Both the position numbers and the translations under genes were made by a program. This document shows, one piece after another, positions 40,055 to 53,897 of a DNA stretch of 64,000 bases. Each line of letters begins with the position of its first letter. Position 1 is the stretch's first letter. The notes under the pieces were generated by a model that worked only from the letters and a program-made list of their open reading frames with translations, was not told the origin of the DNA and made no database searches. This stretch comes from Octopus sinensis. Its lineage: Eukaryota. Where the stretch lies: assembly GCF_006345805.1 (NCBI RefSeq), contig NC_043007.1, forward strand, positions 34,720,001 to 34,784,000, given 5' to 3'.

Positions 40055-40139
40055 ATATGTGTGTGTGTTGTGTGTGTGTTGTGTGTGTGTGTGTGTGTAT
40101 AACAAAGTGGATTGTAGGGGGTACCGCACGTGTGGAATT

Positions 40140-40679
40140 ATATACGAAAGAAGGTTTGAAAATGCAATTTTAAAAGATGTTTATTTACTTTACCGGTTTC
40201 ACTCTTGGGGAAAATATTGTCAAAAGTAACATGTAGAAGTTTGGTTGCGTTAATTATTGGTTGTTACAAAATGCTACATTGCATATATACAGTCTTTGGT
40301 AACAAGGACATGTTAAGGACATAAAAAAAAGTTTAACAAGTTCCTTAAAATATTGGGCACCAAAGTTTACAACATAAATATACATTCTCAAGGACATGTT
40401 GAAGGAGGAAACTATCTTCAACATGTCCTTGAGAATGTATATTTATGTCGTAATCTTTTGTGCCCAATATTTTAAGGAACTTGTTAAACTTTTTTTATGC
40501 CCTTAACATGTCCTTGTTACCAAAGACTGTATATATGCAATGTAGCATTTTGTAACAACCAATAATTAACGGAACCAAACTTCTACATGTTACTTTTGAC
40601 AATCTTTTTCCAAAGAGTGAAACCGGTAAAGTAAATAAACATCTTTTAAAATTGCATTTTCAAACCTTCTTTTGTATAT
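40140..40679. repeat. Large palindrome, about 265-bp arms and 11-nt loop
   Basis: 40140-40404 is the near-perfect reverse complement of 40416-40679. Confidence 0.95.
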
Positions 40680-40699
40680 ATATAACCACATATATATAT

Positions 40700-40865
40700 G
40701 TGATAAGTAGCTTGTTTAACAACCACATGGTTCCGGGTTCATTCCCACTGCGTGGCACTTTGAGCAAGTGTCTTCTACTATAGCCACGGGCTCACCAAAG
40801 CCTTGTGAGTGGATTTGGTAGACGGAAGCTGAAAGAAGCCCGTCGTATATATGTATATATATGTA

Positions 40866-40909
<44 letters not shown>

Positions 40910-41120
40910 TTTGTATGTCTGTGTTTGTCCCCCCAACATAGCTTGACAACCCATGGCGGTGTGTTTACGTCCCCGTAACCTAGCGGTTCGGCAAAAGACA
41001 CCGATAGAATAAGAATAAGTAGGCTTACAAAGAATAAGTCCCGGGGTCGATTTACTCGACTAAAGGCGGTGCTCCAGCATGGCCGCAATCAAATGACTGA
41101 AACAAGTAAAAGAATGAAAG
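40700..41120 (+). mobile_element. SINE family C
   Basis: Family C consensus. Confidence 0.85.
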
Positions 41121-41186
41121 AGATATAACACGCACACACACCACACACATATTTGTATATACACGTCTGCATGAGTTAGAGGTTAA

Positions 41187-41557
41187 ACATGGAATGGAAG
41201 CACTCCGTCGGTTCCGAATCAACGGAACAGCCTGCTCGTGAAATTAACGTGTAAGTGGCTGAGCACTCCACAGACACGTGTGCCCTTAACGTAGTTCTCG
41301 GGGATATTCAGCGTGACACAGAGAGTGACAAGGCCGGCCCTTTGAAATACAGGTACAACAGAAACAGGAAGTAAGAGTAAGAGAAAGTTGTGGTGAAAGA
41401 GTACAGCAGGGATCACCACCATCCCCTGCCGGAGCCTCGTGGAACTTTTAGGAGTTTTCGCTCAATAAACACTCACAACGCCCGGTCTGGGAATCGAAAC
41501 CGCGATCCTATGACCGCGAGTCCGCTGCCCTAACCACTGGGCCATTGCGCCTCCACA
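41187..41557 (-). mobile_element. SINE family A, full length
   Basis: Reverse complement of the 55485 copy. Confidence 0.9.
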
Positions 41558-41794
41558 GAGGTTAAACAACCACCTAAGGGGTAATAAATATCCAATATAC
41601 TACCGGGTGTGTACCTACGTATTTATATCCAAATGCTTACTGTTGTAGGGCAATAGTGCAATTGAATAATAGGTATGAGTGAGTAGGGGTAAAGCAGAAA
41701 TTTACCCAGAATTTATAAGGCAAAGAAGAAGATTGAGAAGATAATTAATCAACAAACATTCATTTGGGTCTATTTATTAATTAATTACAATCAT

Positions 41795-42008
41795 ACTCTC
41801 TTTACTCTTTACTCTTTTACTTGTTTCAGTCATTTGACTGCGGCCATGCTGGAGCACCGCCTTTAATCGAGCAAATCGACCCCGGGACTTATTCTATCAG
41901 TCTCTTTTTGCCGAACTGCCTAAGTGACGGGGACGTAAACACACCAGCATCGGTTTGTCAAGCAATGCTAGGGGGACAAACACAGACCACACAACCAACA
42001 CACGCATC

Positions 42009-42045
<37 letters not shown>

Positions 42046-42205
42046 CATATATACGACGGGCTTCTTTCAGTTTCCGTCTGCCAAATCCACTCAAGGCTTT
42101 GGTCGGCCCGAGTTTATAGTAGAAGACACTTGCCCAAGGTGCTACGCAGTGGGACTGAACCCGGAACCATGTGGTTGGTAAACAAGTTACTTACCACACA
42201 GCCAC
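41795..42205 (-). mobile_element. SINE family C
   Basis: Family C consensus. Confidence 0.85.
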
Positions 42206-42479
42206 TCGTAATTAATTAATAGATAGATCCAAATAAATGTCTCTAGGCTGATGCTTGTTGATTGATTATCTTCTCCACTTTCTTTGTCTTATGTGTGTGT
42301 GTGTGTGTGTGTGTGTATACAGAGAGAGAGAATTAGTTAGATGTGGGTGTATGTATGCACGTATGTATGTATATGTGTATGTATGTATGTATGTTTGTAT
42401 GCATGTATTTATGTATGTATGTATGTATGTATGTATGTATGTATGTTGAATGCATGTATGGATGTATGTATGTATGTAT

Positions 42480-42579
42480 NNNNNNNNNNNNNNNNNNNNN
42501 NNNNNNNNNNNNNNNNNNNNNNNNNNNNNNNNNNNNNNNNNNNNNNNNNNNNNNNNNNNNNNNNNNNNNNNNNNNNNNN
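42480..42579. other. Assembly gap (100 N)
   Basis: Run of N adjacent to a (TGTA)n microsatellite. Confidence 1.
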
Positions 42580-42659
42580 ATTACTGAATTTATAATCGAA
42601 TTAGAGAAGTTCCAGACTTAGAAGTGAAAATCAGAAGACTTTGAGTTTCATATCGTTAT

Positions 42660-43930
42660 GACATTGACAGAGGTATTGCCTTTCTCAGTCTGCAAAAAAG
42701 TAGTATATGGGAACTCCATATGTCCCCAGCGTGTATGCTATGAATGCGCAAGAGGTGTAGTGGAATCACAAGCAGTCTAACGGAGAAGGTATGGGTTGTA
42801 TGCAGCTGGTGCTCAGGTGCAATCAGTACTAAATGCACACGGACAGTAAGATTCTATTAAATGCCCCAAAAGCTTTATTCTGTTTCCTAGATGACATAAT
42901 TAGCAGGAGGGGTGGTTCTAAAAGTGAAGTTTCCTGGGCAAGACTTGGTTGGAAAAAGTTCAGGATGCTTTCATCTCTGCTGGCTGGCAGCAAAGGTCTT
43001 CTACCTCAGTGTGTAGAACAAAATGTAAGATGATTTTGATATTTTGATACTTTGTACATAGCTGCACAGTAGCAAGACATAACCTAGGAAATTTGCAAAG
43101 GCTAGAAAGAAATGAAGCAAATATGTTAACTTTGGATATGTAATCTTATTATGCACATGAATATCAGAATACAAAACTAGCGGCTGACTGGCCTCCGTGC
43201 CAGTGGCATGTAAAAGGCACCATTCAAGCATGATTGTTACCAGCGTCGCCTTACTGGCACTTGAGTGCCGTGCTAGTAGGGTGCTAAGAACACCATCCGA
43301 GCATGATCGTTGCCAGAGCGGCTAACTGGCCTCCGTGCTAGTGGCACGTAAAAGGCACCATTCGAGCATGTTTGTTATCAGCATTGCCTTACTGGCACCT
43401 GTACTGGTTGCATGTGTAAAAATATTTGAGCGAGGTTGTTGCCAGTACCGCGTGACTGGCCCGTGCCGGTGGCACGTAAAAGCACCCACTACACTCCTGG
43501 AGTGGTTGGCGTTAGGAAGGGTATCCACTGTAGAAACTCTGCCAGATCAAGATTGAAGCCTGGTGCAGCCATCTGGTTCGCCAGCCCTCAGTCAAATCGT
43601 CCAACCCATGCTAGCACAGAAAGCGGACGTTAAACAATGATGATGATTGTAAGATTAATCAGACATGATGTGCAAGAGAGAATGCCAATGATGTGATACG
43701 AGCCAAGATGTGATAGCGGACGATTGCTGCATAAGGAATTGCCAAGCACTTCAAGTTTGTAGGACCTATGGAAGTGAGAGTCCGAGGAGAACTTTCGTTG
43801 AAGTGGTGAAGACTGATTTGGAGATGTTGCCTCTTCATGGAGGAGATAATGAAGGACTGGTTTGGTTAATGATATATAGTGCTGCTGAAGATCCAATGTA
43901 CATTTACATGGTGAAATGAGGGTAGTGACA
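42660..43930 (+). mobile_element. Decayed RTE-like LINE interrupted by a family D element (43183-43645)
   Basis: FCFLDDIISRRGG...ARLGWKKFR, QRLERNEANML, CIRNCQAL..PRRTFVEVVKTDL remnants. Confidence 0.7.
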
Positions 43931-44094
43931 GAGGCTGTGATGTTTGTGTCTAGACTAGCATAGCTAGAGTGTGTGCCGCCCAGGGTGGCCATTCAGTTTG
44001 CTGCCCCTTGGCCCCCACAATAGATACATATTGCCTACAGCAGACCCAAAAGTAGTGCTGCCCAGGGTGGACCACTCTCTGATTTTTCCCTTCT

Positions 44095-44300
44095 AGCTAG
44101 GCACAAGGCCTGAAATTTAGGGAGGAGGGGACTGGTTGATTACATTGACTTCAGTGTTTCACTGGTACTTAATTTATTGACCCCCAAAAGGATAAAAATC
44201 TAAATCGACCTCGGTGGAATTTGAACTCAAAACGTAGACACAGATAAAATGCCACTCAGCATTTCATCCGGCATGCTAACGATTCTGCCAGCTCGCTGCC
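44095..44300 (-). mobile_element. CORE-SINE family B
   Basis: Reverse-complement CORE block and head. Confidence 0.75.
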
Positions 44301-44316
44301 TTTTTTATTGTTGTTG

Positions 44317-44423
<107 letters not shown>

Positions 44424-44780
44424 GATGGAAGCACTCCGTCGGTTACGATGATGAGGGTTCCGGTTATCCGAATCAACGGAACAGCCTGCTCGTGAAATTA
44501 ATGTGTAAGTGCTGAGCATTCCACAGACACGTGTACCCTTAACGTAGTTTCGGGGATATTCAGCGTGACACAGAGAGTGACAAGGCCGGCCCTTTGAATA
44601 CAGGTACAACAGAAACAGGAAGTAAGAGAGAGAAAGTTGTGGTGAAGAGTACAGCAGGGATCACCACCGTCCCCTGCCGGAGCTCGTGGAGCTTTAGGTG
44701 TTTTCGCTCAATAAACACTCACAACGCCCGGTCTGGGAATCGAAACCGCGATCCTACGACCGCGAGTCCGCTGCCCTAAC
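44424..44780 (-). mobile_element. SINE family A, full length
   Basis: Near-identical to 41187-41557. Confidence 0.9.
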
Positions 44781-45405
44781 CACTGGGCCATTGCGCCTCC
44801 ACGAATATCAGAATACAAAGGAACTAAAAGAAAAAGTAGCGGCTAACCGGCCTCCATGCCAGTGGCACATAAAAGGCACCATTCTAAGGTGATCGTTACC
44901 AGCGTCGCCTTACTAGCACTTGAGCCCCATGCTTGTAGGGTGCTAAGAGCACCATCCAAGCATGATCGTTGCCAGAGCGGCTAGCTGGCCTCCATGCTGG
45001 TGGCATGTAAAAGGCACCATTCGAGCGTGGACTGGTAATGAGACAAACATATACATACTCACACACATATATATGATGGACTCTGGGACTCTGCACCTGA
45101 ACGACCTGCACAAATGATTTGTTTATAGTGATCAAATGTTCATACCACGCATCAGATCACTCTCTCCATCAAACTGACATTGTCTGAACAGGTGCACAGT
45201 GTACCACATGTCAGGTGTCAAATTGTTTGCAGAGCAACATCAAATGAAATGTTTTGCTCAAGAGCACAACACACCACCCAGTCTTGGAATTGAAATCACA
45301 ATCGCATGATCACTGGCCATGCGTCTTTGCACATATATATAATATATACTTATATACATAGATATATATATTCATGTATATATCCATATATATATATATA
45401 TATAT

Positions 45406-45446
<41 letters not shown>

Positions 45447-45543
45447 TACGTATATATATGTATATATATATATACGTATATATATGTATATATATATGTG
45501 TATATAAATATATATATATATATTTATATATATATATATATTA

Positions 45544-45610
<67 letters not shown>

Positions 45611-46084
45611 TATATGTATATATATATTATATATGTATATAATATATATATATATGGAATATTATATATAATTACGTATATTTATATATATATATATAAA
45701 CACACACACTATATGCATATTTGTATGTATCTATGGACATGTGTATTCTTGTAAGTTAAGAAATGGCAACAAGTGGAAATTTTGTAAATATAATTATAAG
45801 TTTTCACTGCATATTGACTATAGAAAATAACAAAATATTTGGGTATGTAAGGCCCTGATATTAAATAAAAAAAAAAGGACATTAGTGCTAGTGGGGATTG
45901 AACCCATACCTCTTACTTTCAAAATAAGTGTGCTAATCGTTTACATCAACATAAACATCCACTTTTTTCTGTTAAATTTATGAACTGTGATTTCATAGCA
46001 GTTTGATTTCCATGTGTGCTAATACCCATTTTCTTCTGTCGGAAGCTTATATGCCATAATATCATATTAAAATGTAGTAAAAAT

Positions 46085-46250
46085 GCAGGCACGGGTATAT
46101 CTGTGTGGTAACATGCTTACTTCTCAACCACATGGTTCCAGGTTCAGTCCTACCACATGGCATCTTGGGCCAAGTGTCTTCTACTATAGCCTTGGGCCAA
46201 CCAAAGCCTTTTAAATCGTCTTGGTAGACGGAAACTGAAAGAAACCCATC

Positions 46251-46284
<34 letters not shown>

Positions 46285-46715
46285 GGTGCAGGAGTGGCTG
46301 TGTGGTAAGTAGCTTGCTTACCAACCACATGGTTCTGGGTTCAGTCCCACTGCATGACACCTTGGGCAAGTGTCTTCCACTATAGCCTTGGGTCGACCAA
46401 AGCCTTGTGAGTGGATTTGGTAGACGGAAACTGAAAGAAGCCTGTCGTATCTATCTATCTATATATATATATATATATATGGGGTGGGGGGTATATGTTT
46501 GTGTGTCTGTGTTTGTCCCCCTCCCCCCAACATCGCTTGACAACCGATGCTGGTGTGTTTACGGCCCCGTAGCAGTTCGGCAAAAGAGACTGATAGAATA
46601 AGTACTAGGCTTACAAGGAATAAGTCCTGGGGCTGATTTGCTCGACTAAAGGCAGTGTGCTCCAGCATGGCTGCAGTCAAATGACTGAAACAAGTAAAAG
46701 AGTGAAAGAGTAATA

Positions 46716-46750
<35 letters not shown>

Positions 46751-47086
46751 CTGCTTACCAACCACATGGTTCTGGATTCAGTCCCACTGCGTGGCATCTT
46801 GGGCAAGTGTCTTCTGCTATAGCCCCGGGCCGACCAATGCCTTGTGAGTGGATTTGGTAGACGGAAACTGAAAGAAGCCTGTCGTATATATGTATATATA
46901 TATGTGTGTATGTGTATATGTTTGTTGTGTCTGTGTTTGTCCCCCTAGCATTGCTTGACAACCGATGCTGGTTTGTTTATCCCCGTCACCTAGCGGTTCG
47001 GCAAAAAGATAAAAGATATACGATAGAAAATACTAAAGGCAGTGCTCCTGCATGACCGCAGTCAAATGACTGAAATGAGTAAAAGA

Positions 47087-47090
<4 letters not shown>
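46085..47090 (+). mobile_element. Cluster of three tandem family C SINEs
   Basis: Heads at about 46085, 46285 and 46750, separated by (AT)n. Confidence 0.85.
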
Positions 47091-47124
<34 letters not shown>

Positions 47125-47164
47125 TATTATATATATATATATAAGATATATATATATATATTTA

Positions 47165-47204
<40 letters not shown>

Positions 47205-47453
47205 TAAAAAGGAAATGAAGAAATGCTGACAAATAATTGAAGTAATTTAAGTAATTAATTAGGTGAAAGTTCTTTTTTACCGGTTTGCGAATTTGTTATG
47301 CTTATCAAAATATAAAAGAGAGATTTAGAGTTCCTTTCTATAGAATTTTTCCTCAGATATATATATATATATATATATACCGGAGTAAAACAACAACATA
47401 AATGTGAACAAGGTGGAAAAAAGAGTACTCAAATCCCAGTGGTAGAGTAATAG

Positions 47454-47553
47454 CTTTATTTTAAGCAGCAGAAAATTCACCAAAATGTTTACTCTGAGTT
47501 CTCGCGAAACTCAGAGTAACAGATTTGTTGAATTTCTGCTGCTTAAAATAAAG
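47454..47553. repeat. Short fold-back of the same remnant family as 6063-6160
   Basis: CTTTATTTTTAAGCAGCAGAAAATTCA..TTACTCTGAGTT / AACTCAGAGTAA..TGAATTTCTGCTGCTTAAAATAAAG. Confidence 0.75.
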
Positions 47554-48033
47554 TAGTATATATATATATATATAGGCTCCTTTGCCACTTCCATTATACC
47601 TTTGAAAAAATAACTTAAAATCGAACTGCACTCGTCAAAACTTGCTCTAAGAATAAAAACAAGGTAAAATTACTACCTGCTTTTATAGCAAGTTAATGCA
47701 GGTAGTTTATTCCATACCCCACCAACTTTTAGTTCATGCATTTGAAAAAACCGCACTTTATTTATGGGATGACCCAATATATATGTATGTATGTAGATCT
47801 ATGTATATATATATATCTATGTGGTGTGTGTTTTGGTGTCTGTTTGTCCACCACTATGCTTGATAACCGGTGTTGGTTTGTTTACATCCCCACCACTTTG
47901 CAGTTTGACTAAGGAGACCAATAATAAGTACCTAGCTTTAAATATAAAAAAATGTCACTGGGGTTAATTCATTTGACTAAAGATTTTTCAAGGCAGTACC
48001 CCAGCATGGCCACAGTTTGATAACTGAAACAAA

Positions 48034-48417
48034 TCTCTATATATATAAAGATGAAGTTGTCTGTGTATGGCAGGTTTGGTAGCTTTCAACTAACACTATC
48101 TCCTCCGAGACCCTGCGGTGCAAGTTGACAAAATGAGAGTATGATAGAAGAAGGGTTGCTCTTCCTTCCGTAGAAGATAAATTCAAATCGGACCATGTTA
48201 ACACCAAAATTATTTACATCAAAAAGGCGCTTTTTTCTATGAAAATCCCTATTTTTTTACAATTTTTTGGTGCTGTGTCACCATTTTCGGTGTATTTCAA
48301 CCAGAAAATGTTCACTTAAAGAGAATAACAAGCTACATAATGCAAAATTTTTACTTTTCAAAATTCCAATTCTAATGGGTCAAAACAAACCCGAGCAACG
48401 CCAGGCGATACTGCTAG
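48034..48417 (+). mobile_element. Non-autonomous Helitron
   Basis: 5' TC, 3' CTAG preceded by a CCCGAGCAACGCCAGG hairpin, inserted between A and T. Confidence 0.75.
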
Positions 48418-48560
48418 TAAAAGATAAAAAGTAAAGGATAAAGTGATTTGTAACAGAAAGATGTCCAGCTGCAAAAGGAAAAATGTATTAAGGACAGCAT
48501 ATCAATGAATAGACCTTAGTTGCATTTACAGGGGTAACACTTAACACCTGATCACCAGAC

Positions 48561-49099
48561 TATTAGGTTGTCCAGAAAGTTCGTGCCGATTTATAGTAGC
48601 TTACCTTTCGACTTATTTTAGAACATGGTTGAAGCCATAAAACAGGATTTGACTACACCTCTATTTAGAGCACAGTTTAAGCTATCTTTTCGTGGAAGAA
48701 GGTTTATGTTCCTATAACCTGTGTTAATTGTGAAACCCTTTCAATTGGAAGATAAGAAAGTTCGTTTTCGGCACTTGATGCTTTGGGAACCAGACAAAAA
48801 TTGCTGCAGCTCAACTAGGATGTGTTACCCCACCATCCATATTCACCAGATATTGCTCCTTTGGATTTCCACTTATTCAGTTCAATTCCTTGGATGATGT
48901 AAAAAGATACCTTGATGAATTCTTTGCCATGAAACCACCTCAATTCTGAGAAGAGGATATTTTCAAGTTAAAGGAAAGATGTAGACGCATTGTGCCACAA
49001 AATGGTTCATATTTGGTTGATTAAAAATGTAATGGCAAGTATTTATTGACCTTTTTCTTTCCCCTAAAAATCGGCACGAAGTTTCCGGACAACCCAATA
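48561..49099 (+). mobile_element. Internally deleted mariner element
   Basis: TIRs TATT(A/G)GGTTGTCC(A/G)GAAA(G/C)TTCGTGCCGATTT, TA TSD, remnant LPHP(S)YSPDIAPLDFHLF. Confidence 0.9.
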
Positions 49100-49644
49100 T
49101 TTAGTGTTGCACATAGCAAAATGTTCCCCACTGACCACTAGTAGTCTCGTGGGCAGTGGGGAACATCGTGCTGTATGCAAGAATCTGGTGTTCAGTGGGG
49201 AACATCTTGCTGTGTGCAAGAATCTCTCAGCTGTTATCAAACATTTGCACCAAATCTTCACTTCACATGCTGTTCATAGACATCAAACAACTTCGAAACC
49301 ACTTTTAAACCTCTCCCCTTCTCATCATCATCACCGTCATCATCATTTAACATCTGTGGCAAGGTCAGGGGACACAACAAGGTTCCTTAGTCTGTTTTTG
49401 GCTTGGTTTCTACTGATGGATGCCCTTCCTTACACTGCCACTTTACAGAGTGTACTGGGTGCTTTTTGCATGGCACCATCACCAGTGTTTTTCATGTGGC
49501 ACCATGTTTTTTACTTTTATGTTTTATGTTTTTTACTTTTATGTGGCACCAGCACCAGCTCTTTTTACATGGCACCATCACCAGTCTCAGGCCATTTAGT
49601 ATTGAAGGAGTTATATCTCAACCATAAATAATCTGTCACAGTAA

Positions 49645-49844
49645 ACTCTCTTTTACTCTTTTACTTGTTTCAGTCATTTGACTGCGGCCATGCTGGAGCA
49701 CCGCCTTTAGTCAAGCAAATCGACCCCGAGACTTATTCTTTGTAAGCCCAGTACTTATCCTATCGGTCTCTTTTGCCGAACCGCTAAGTGACGGGAACGT
49801 AAACACACCAGCATCGGTTGTCAGGCAATGCTAGGGGGACAAAC

Positions 49845-49875
<31 letters not shown>

Positions 49876-50052
49876 TATATATATATACATATATACGACA
49901 AGCTTCTTTCAGTTTTCGTCTACCAAATCCACTCACAAGGCATTGGTCGGCCCGGGGCTATAGCAGAAGACACTTGCCCAAGGTGCCACGCAGTGGGACT
50001 GAACCCGGAACCATGTGGTTGGTTAGCAAGCTACTTACCACACAGCCATTCC
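49645..50052 (-). mobile_element. SINE family C, full length
   Basis: Family C consensus. Confidence 0.9.
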
Positions 50053-50234
50053 TGCATGTTTTTCTGATTTATTAAGCCAGCCATGATAATGATGGTGATC
50101 ATCATCATTATTTACATCATTATTTCAACTTGTGTATTCGTATGCATGCATGGGTCAGGCAAGATCTGTTTTTTGGAAATTTCCCGCAACTAGGGGATGC
50201 CAATCTTCACCTGTCTCCGAGTAAGGTAATAAGA

Positions 50235-50820
50235 CAGCGAACTGGCAAAAACGTTAACATGCCGGGCGAAATGCTTAGCGGTATTTCATTTGTCGTTACG
50301 TTGTGAGTTCAAATTCCACCGAGGTCGACTTTACCTTTCATCTTTTTGGTGTTGATAAATTAAGTACCAGTTATGCACTGAGGTCAATGTAATCGACTTA
50401 ATCCCTTTGTCTGTCCTTGTTTGTCCACTCTATGTTTAGCCCCGTGTGGGTAGTAAAGAAATAGGTAATATTTTCCCTTCCTTGTCCAAATATGTTTCCA
50501 TAGCAGATTGCTGACAAATATCATTGCTTATATGATGTTACATTGGAGGCATATGGCCTAGTGGTTAGAGTAGCGGACTAGCAGTTGAGGGATTGCGGGT
50601 TTGAATCTCAGACTGGGCGATGTGTGTGTTTATGAGTGAAACACCTAAGCTCCACGTGGCTCCGGCAGAAGGTAATGACAAAACTTCTGCTAACTCTTTC
50701 ACCACAACTTTCTCTCACTCTTTCCTCCAGCATCTAGCAGCTCACCTGTGATGGACTGGCGTCCCGTCCAGGTGGGAAACTGGCCCTATGAGCCAAGTGT
50801 GGCTCGAGAAGGAACAAGCA
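50235..50820 (+). mobile_element. CORE-SINE (50235-50465) followed by family A SINE (50545-50820)
   Basis: Family consensus matches. Confidence 0.8.
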
Positions 50821-53029
50821 ACAATATGATGTTGCAACCTGTTTACTACTAGCTTCAATGTCAAGATAAGGGCAGACTCATGTGTATACACAAACACACG
50901 CATGCACACACACACACACACTAACACACATGCACTCACAAAACGGGCCTCTTTTCAGTTTCCATCTACCAAATTCACTCACAAGGCTTTGGTTAGCCTG
51001 AAGCTTTAAAAGAAAGAAAGACACTTGTACCAAAGCCATGCTGTAGAATTGAACCCCAAAACTATGTTGTTAAGAAATTCACTTCTTAACCATACAGCCA
51101 TGGATGTGCCTATATATAATATATATACCACCACCATCATCTTCATCATCATCATTTAATGTTCATTTGCCATGCTGGTATGGATTGGACAGTTTGACAG
51201 GAGCTGGTAAGGCCAGAGGTCACACCAGGTTCCATTGCCTGTTTTGGAATGGTTTCTATGGCCAGACGTCCTTCATAATACCAACCATTTTACAGAGTGT
51301 AACGGGTGTACTTTATACATGACACCATCACCAGCATGTTTTACTTGGCACCAGCACCAATGGGGTGGCTATACATAATGACAGTTTGTCTCAGCTCAAC
51401 ATTACTTTAACCCTTTAGCATTTAAACCGGCCAAATCCGGTCCAAGTATTTTACGTGTTTTATGTTCAAACTGGCCAGATCCAACCTCTCTCACCTTCCC
51501 TACAATTTCATTCTAAAAATGAACAATCACATCATTGAAATCTCAAAGCTATGTGATAATGTAGGATTAATACAAAAAGATGGGAATAAATAAGCATTAC
51601 ATTGGACAGAGTAATCTGAATGTTAAAGGGTGAAATTTCATAAACATTGGACACATCTGTCTCATCAGGTATTCAGAGACATCTGGTATTTATGGTATGA
51701 TTAATCCCAAGTGTAATATCTTTGAGTATATATATTATATGTACCTGATCCCATATCTTGATCCTATATAATATACTGCATCTGATCCCATTTCTTATCA
51801 ATATTTGATCTCATATTATTAAATATTTGATCCTACCTTTAATCCATATAATATAATTGATCCCACATATAATATTTTATTTCACACATCCATAATATCA
51901 CATAATATACTACACACTCGGAGTGGTTGGCAGTAGGAAGGGCATCCAGCTGTAGAAACTCTGCCATATCAGATTGGAGCCATGTGCAGCCATCTGCTCA
52001 CCAGTCCCCAGTCAAACCGTCCAACCCATGCCAGCATGGAAAGCAGACGTTAAACAATGATGATGATGATGATATTTGATCCAATATATTATAATGTATT
52101 TGATATTATGTCTTATTACATTCAGCTCCATATATGTTATTATTACTTCAATCCTATACAAAAGGATTTGTAGGCAGGGCTACTATGGTTATACAATAGA
52201 AACATTTGGATCTTAAACAATGAATTATCTCTCATGTCACACAACACAATATCTTTAATCTCGATATCTTTGATATCATATACAATAACAGAATGTCTCT
52301 GATATCACAAAATAGAATATCTTTAATGTCATATAATAATTTCTTGTAGCAATCATTACCATCATTGTCATCATCACCAACATCATATATACACACATAT
52401 ATATGTACATACATACACATATATATGTACATACATACACACACACATATGTATGTATATGATGATGGCTGCCCAGTCATGACCAAGGAAGACCATCACT
52501 GACCATTGCTCATGCAAAGTGTCAGCAATGCCCATGCATGAGGTTATCGCACCGGCAGTTGGCTTCTCCTGGGTCTGTGTTCATTGCTTCCATGCTTACC
52601 AAGGTGCCTCCTACTCAACCAGGCATCAGATACTCGCCTTGCTAGCTACTGCACAGCCTAAAATTTTAGGTCCAATTGAGCTTGCACAGCACCTCATGGA
52701 CCCTCCCCACACTATTGACATGATCCAGAGACAAACTAGAGTGAGATATCCAGTGCCAATACGGGTCACAGGTTTGGGAATATGAGAGCATCATGATCTC
52801 AAGTACATGCAAAAGATCTTCAAAATGTTTAATACCATTTCCTGCATATCTGGTTTTATATCAGAATGAACTTTTCCTAGAGACTTGCTTTAACAAAATC
52901 TAAGTGATGCCTCACTTCTTGTGGTCTTCTAGCATGCTGGACACCAATCTGGAATTTCTGAAGACCTTTGCTATTGATAGATAAGCATTGGCAGCAATAG
53001 GAAGGTGGCAAGCTGGTAGAAACATTAGA

Positions 53030-53265
53030 AGAAGGCGGCGAGCTGGTAGAAACGTTAGCACGCCGGGCGAAATACTTAGCGGTATTTCGTCTGCCGCTAC
53101 ATTCTGGGTTCAAATTCCACCGAGGTTGACTTTGCCTTTCATCCTTTCAGGGTAGATAAATTAAGTACCAGTTACACACTGGGGTCGATGTAATCGACTA
53201 AATCCATTTGTCTGTCCTTGTTTGTCCCCTCTATGTTTAGCTCCTTGTGGGCAATAAAGAAATAA
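53030..53265 (+). mobile_element. CORE-SINE family B
   Basis: Family B consensus with a partially duplicated head. Confidence 0.85.
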
Positions 53266-53579
53266 GATAGGCATTGAACCTTCTCTCTCTTTCTGTGGCT
53301 AGGCAACCATGTATCTCTTCTATAGCAAGACACCTCTTTCTGCCTCTCTGTCTCTCTGCCATACTCTAAATTTACATCATCTGACACAAGATCACCATCC
53401 CCAATGCCTCTTTCCCCTCTCAAAAATTCTTCGTCTTGCAAGTTGTTTGATGATCCTGCCAGCTGTAAAACCCATGCCAAAACTGACCTCTACATTCGGT
53501 CAACTCTGCAGAGTGATTGGTGTTAGGAAGGGCATCCAGCCATAAAAAAACATGCTAAAACAGACACAGTAGCCTGGTG

Positions 53580-53745
53580 TAGTCTACTCGCAACACCAGA
53601 GGGCGCACACTCTCCTACCCTGATGTAATCTCCAGGGATACAGGCATCCAGCAACAGGACCTCCGTAATGCTATGATGGACCGTGAAGTCTGGCGCAACA
53701 TAGTAAATTCCATTGTCTCGACCACGGTCGAACAATGATGATGAT
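53580..53745 (+). mobile_element. RTE LINE extreme 3' fragment
   Basis: TLSYPDVISRDTGIQQQDLRNAMMDREVWRNIV, followed by (GAT)n. Confidence 0.75.
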
Positions 53746-53822
53746 GTAGTCTACAACATGGCCAGCTCCTGTCAAACAGTCCAACCCATGCCACAGATGG
53801 TCGCTAAATGATGATGATGGTG

Positions 53823-53897
<75 letters not shown>

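Noticed and set aside
52480-53000. Reverse transcriptase-like LDFVKA motif on the minus strand
   Set aside because: Too decayed to assign from a single motif
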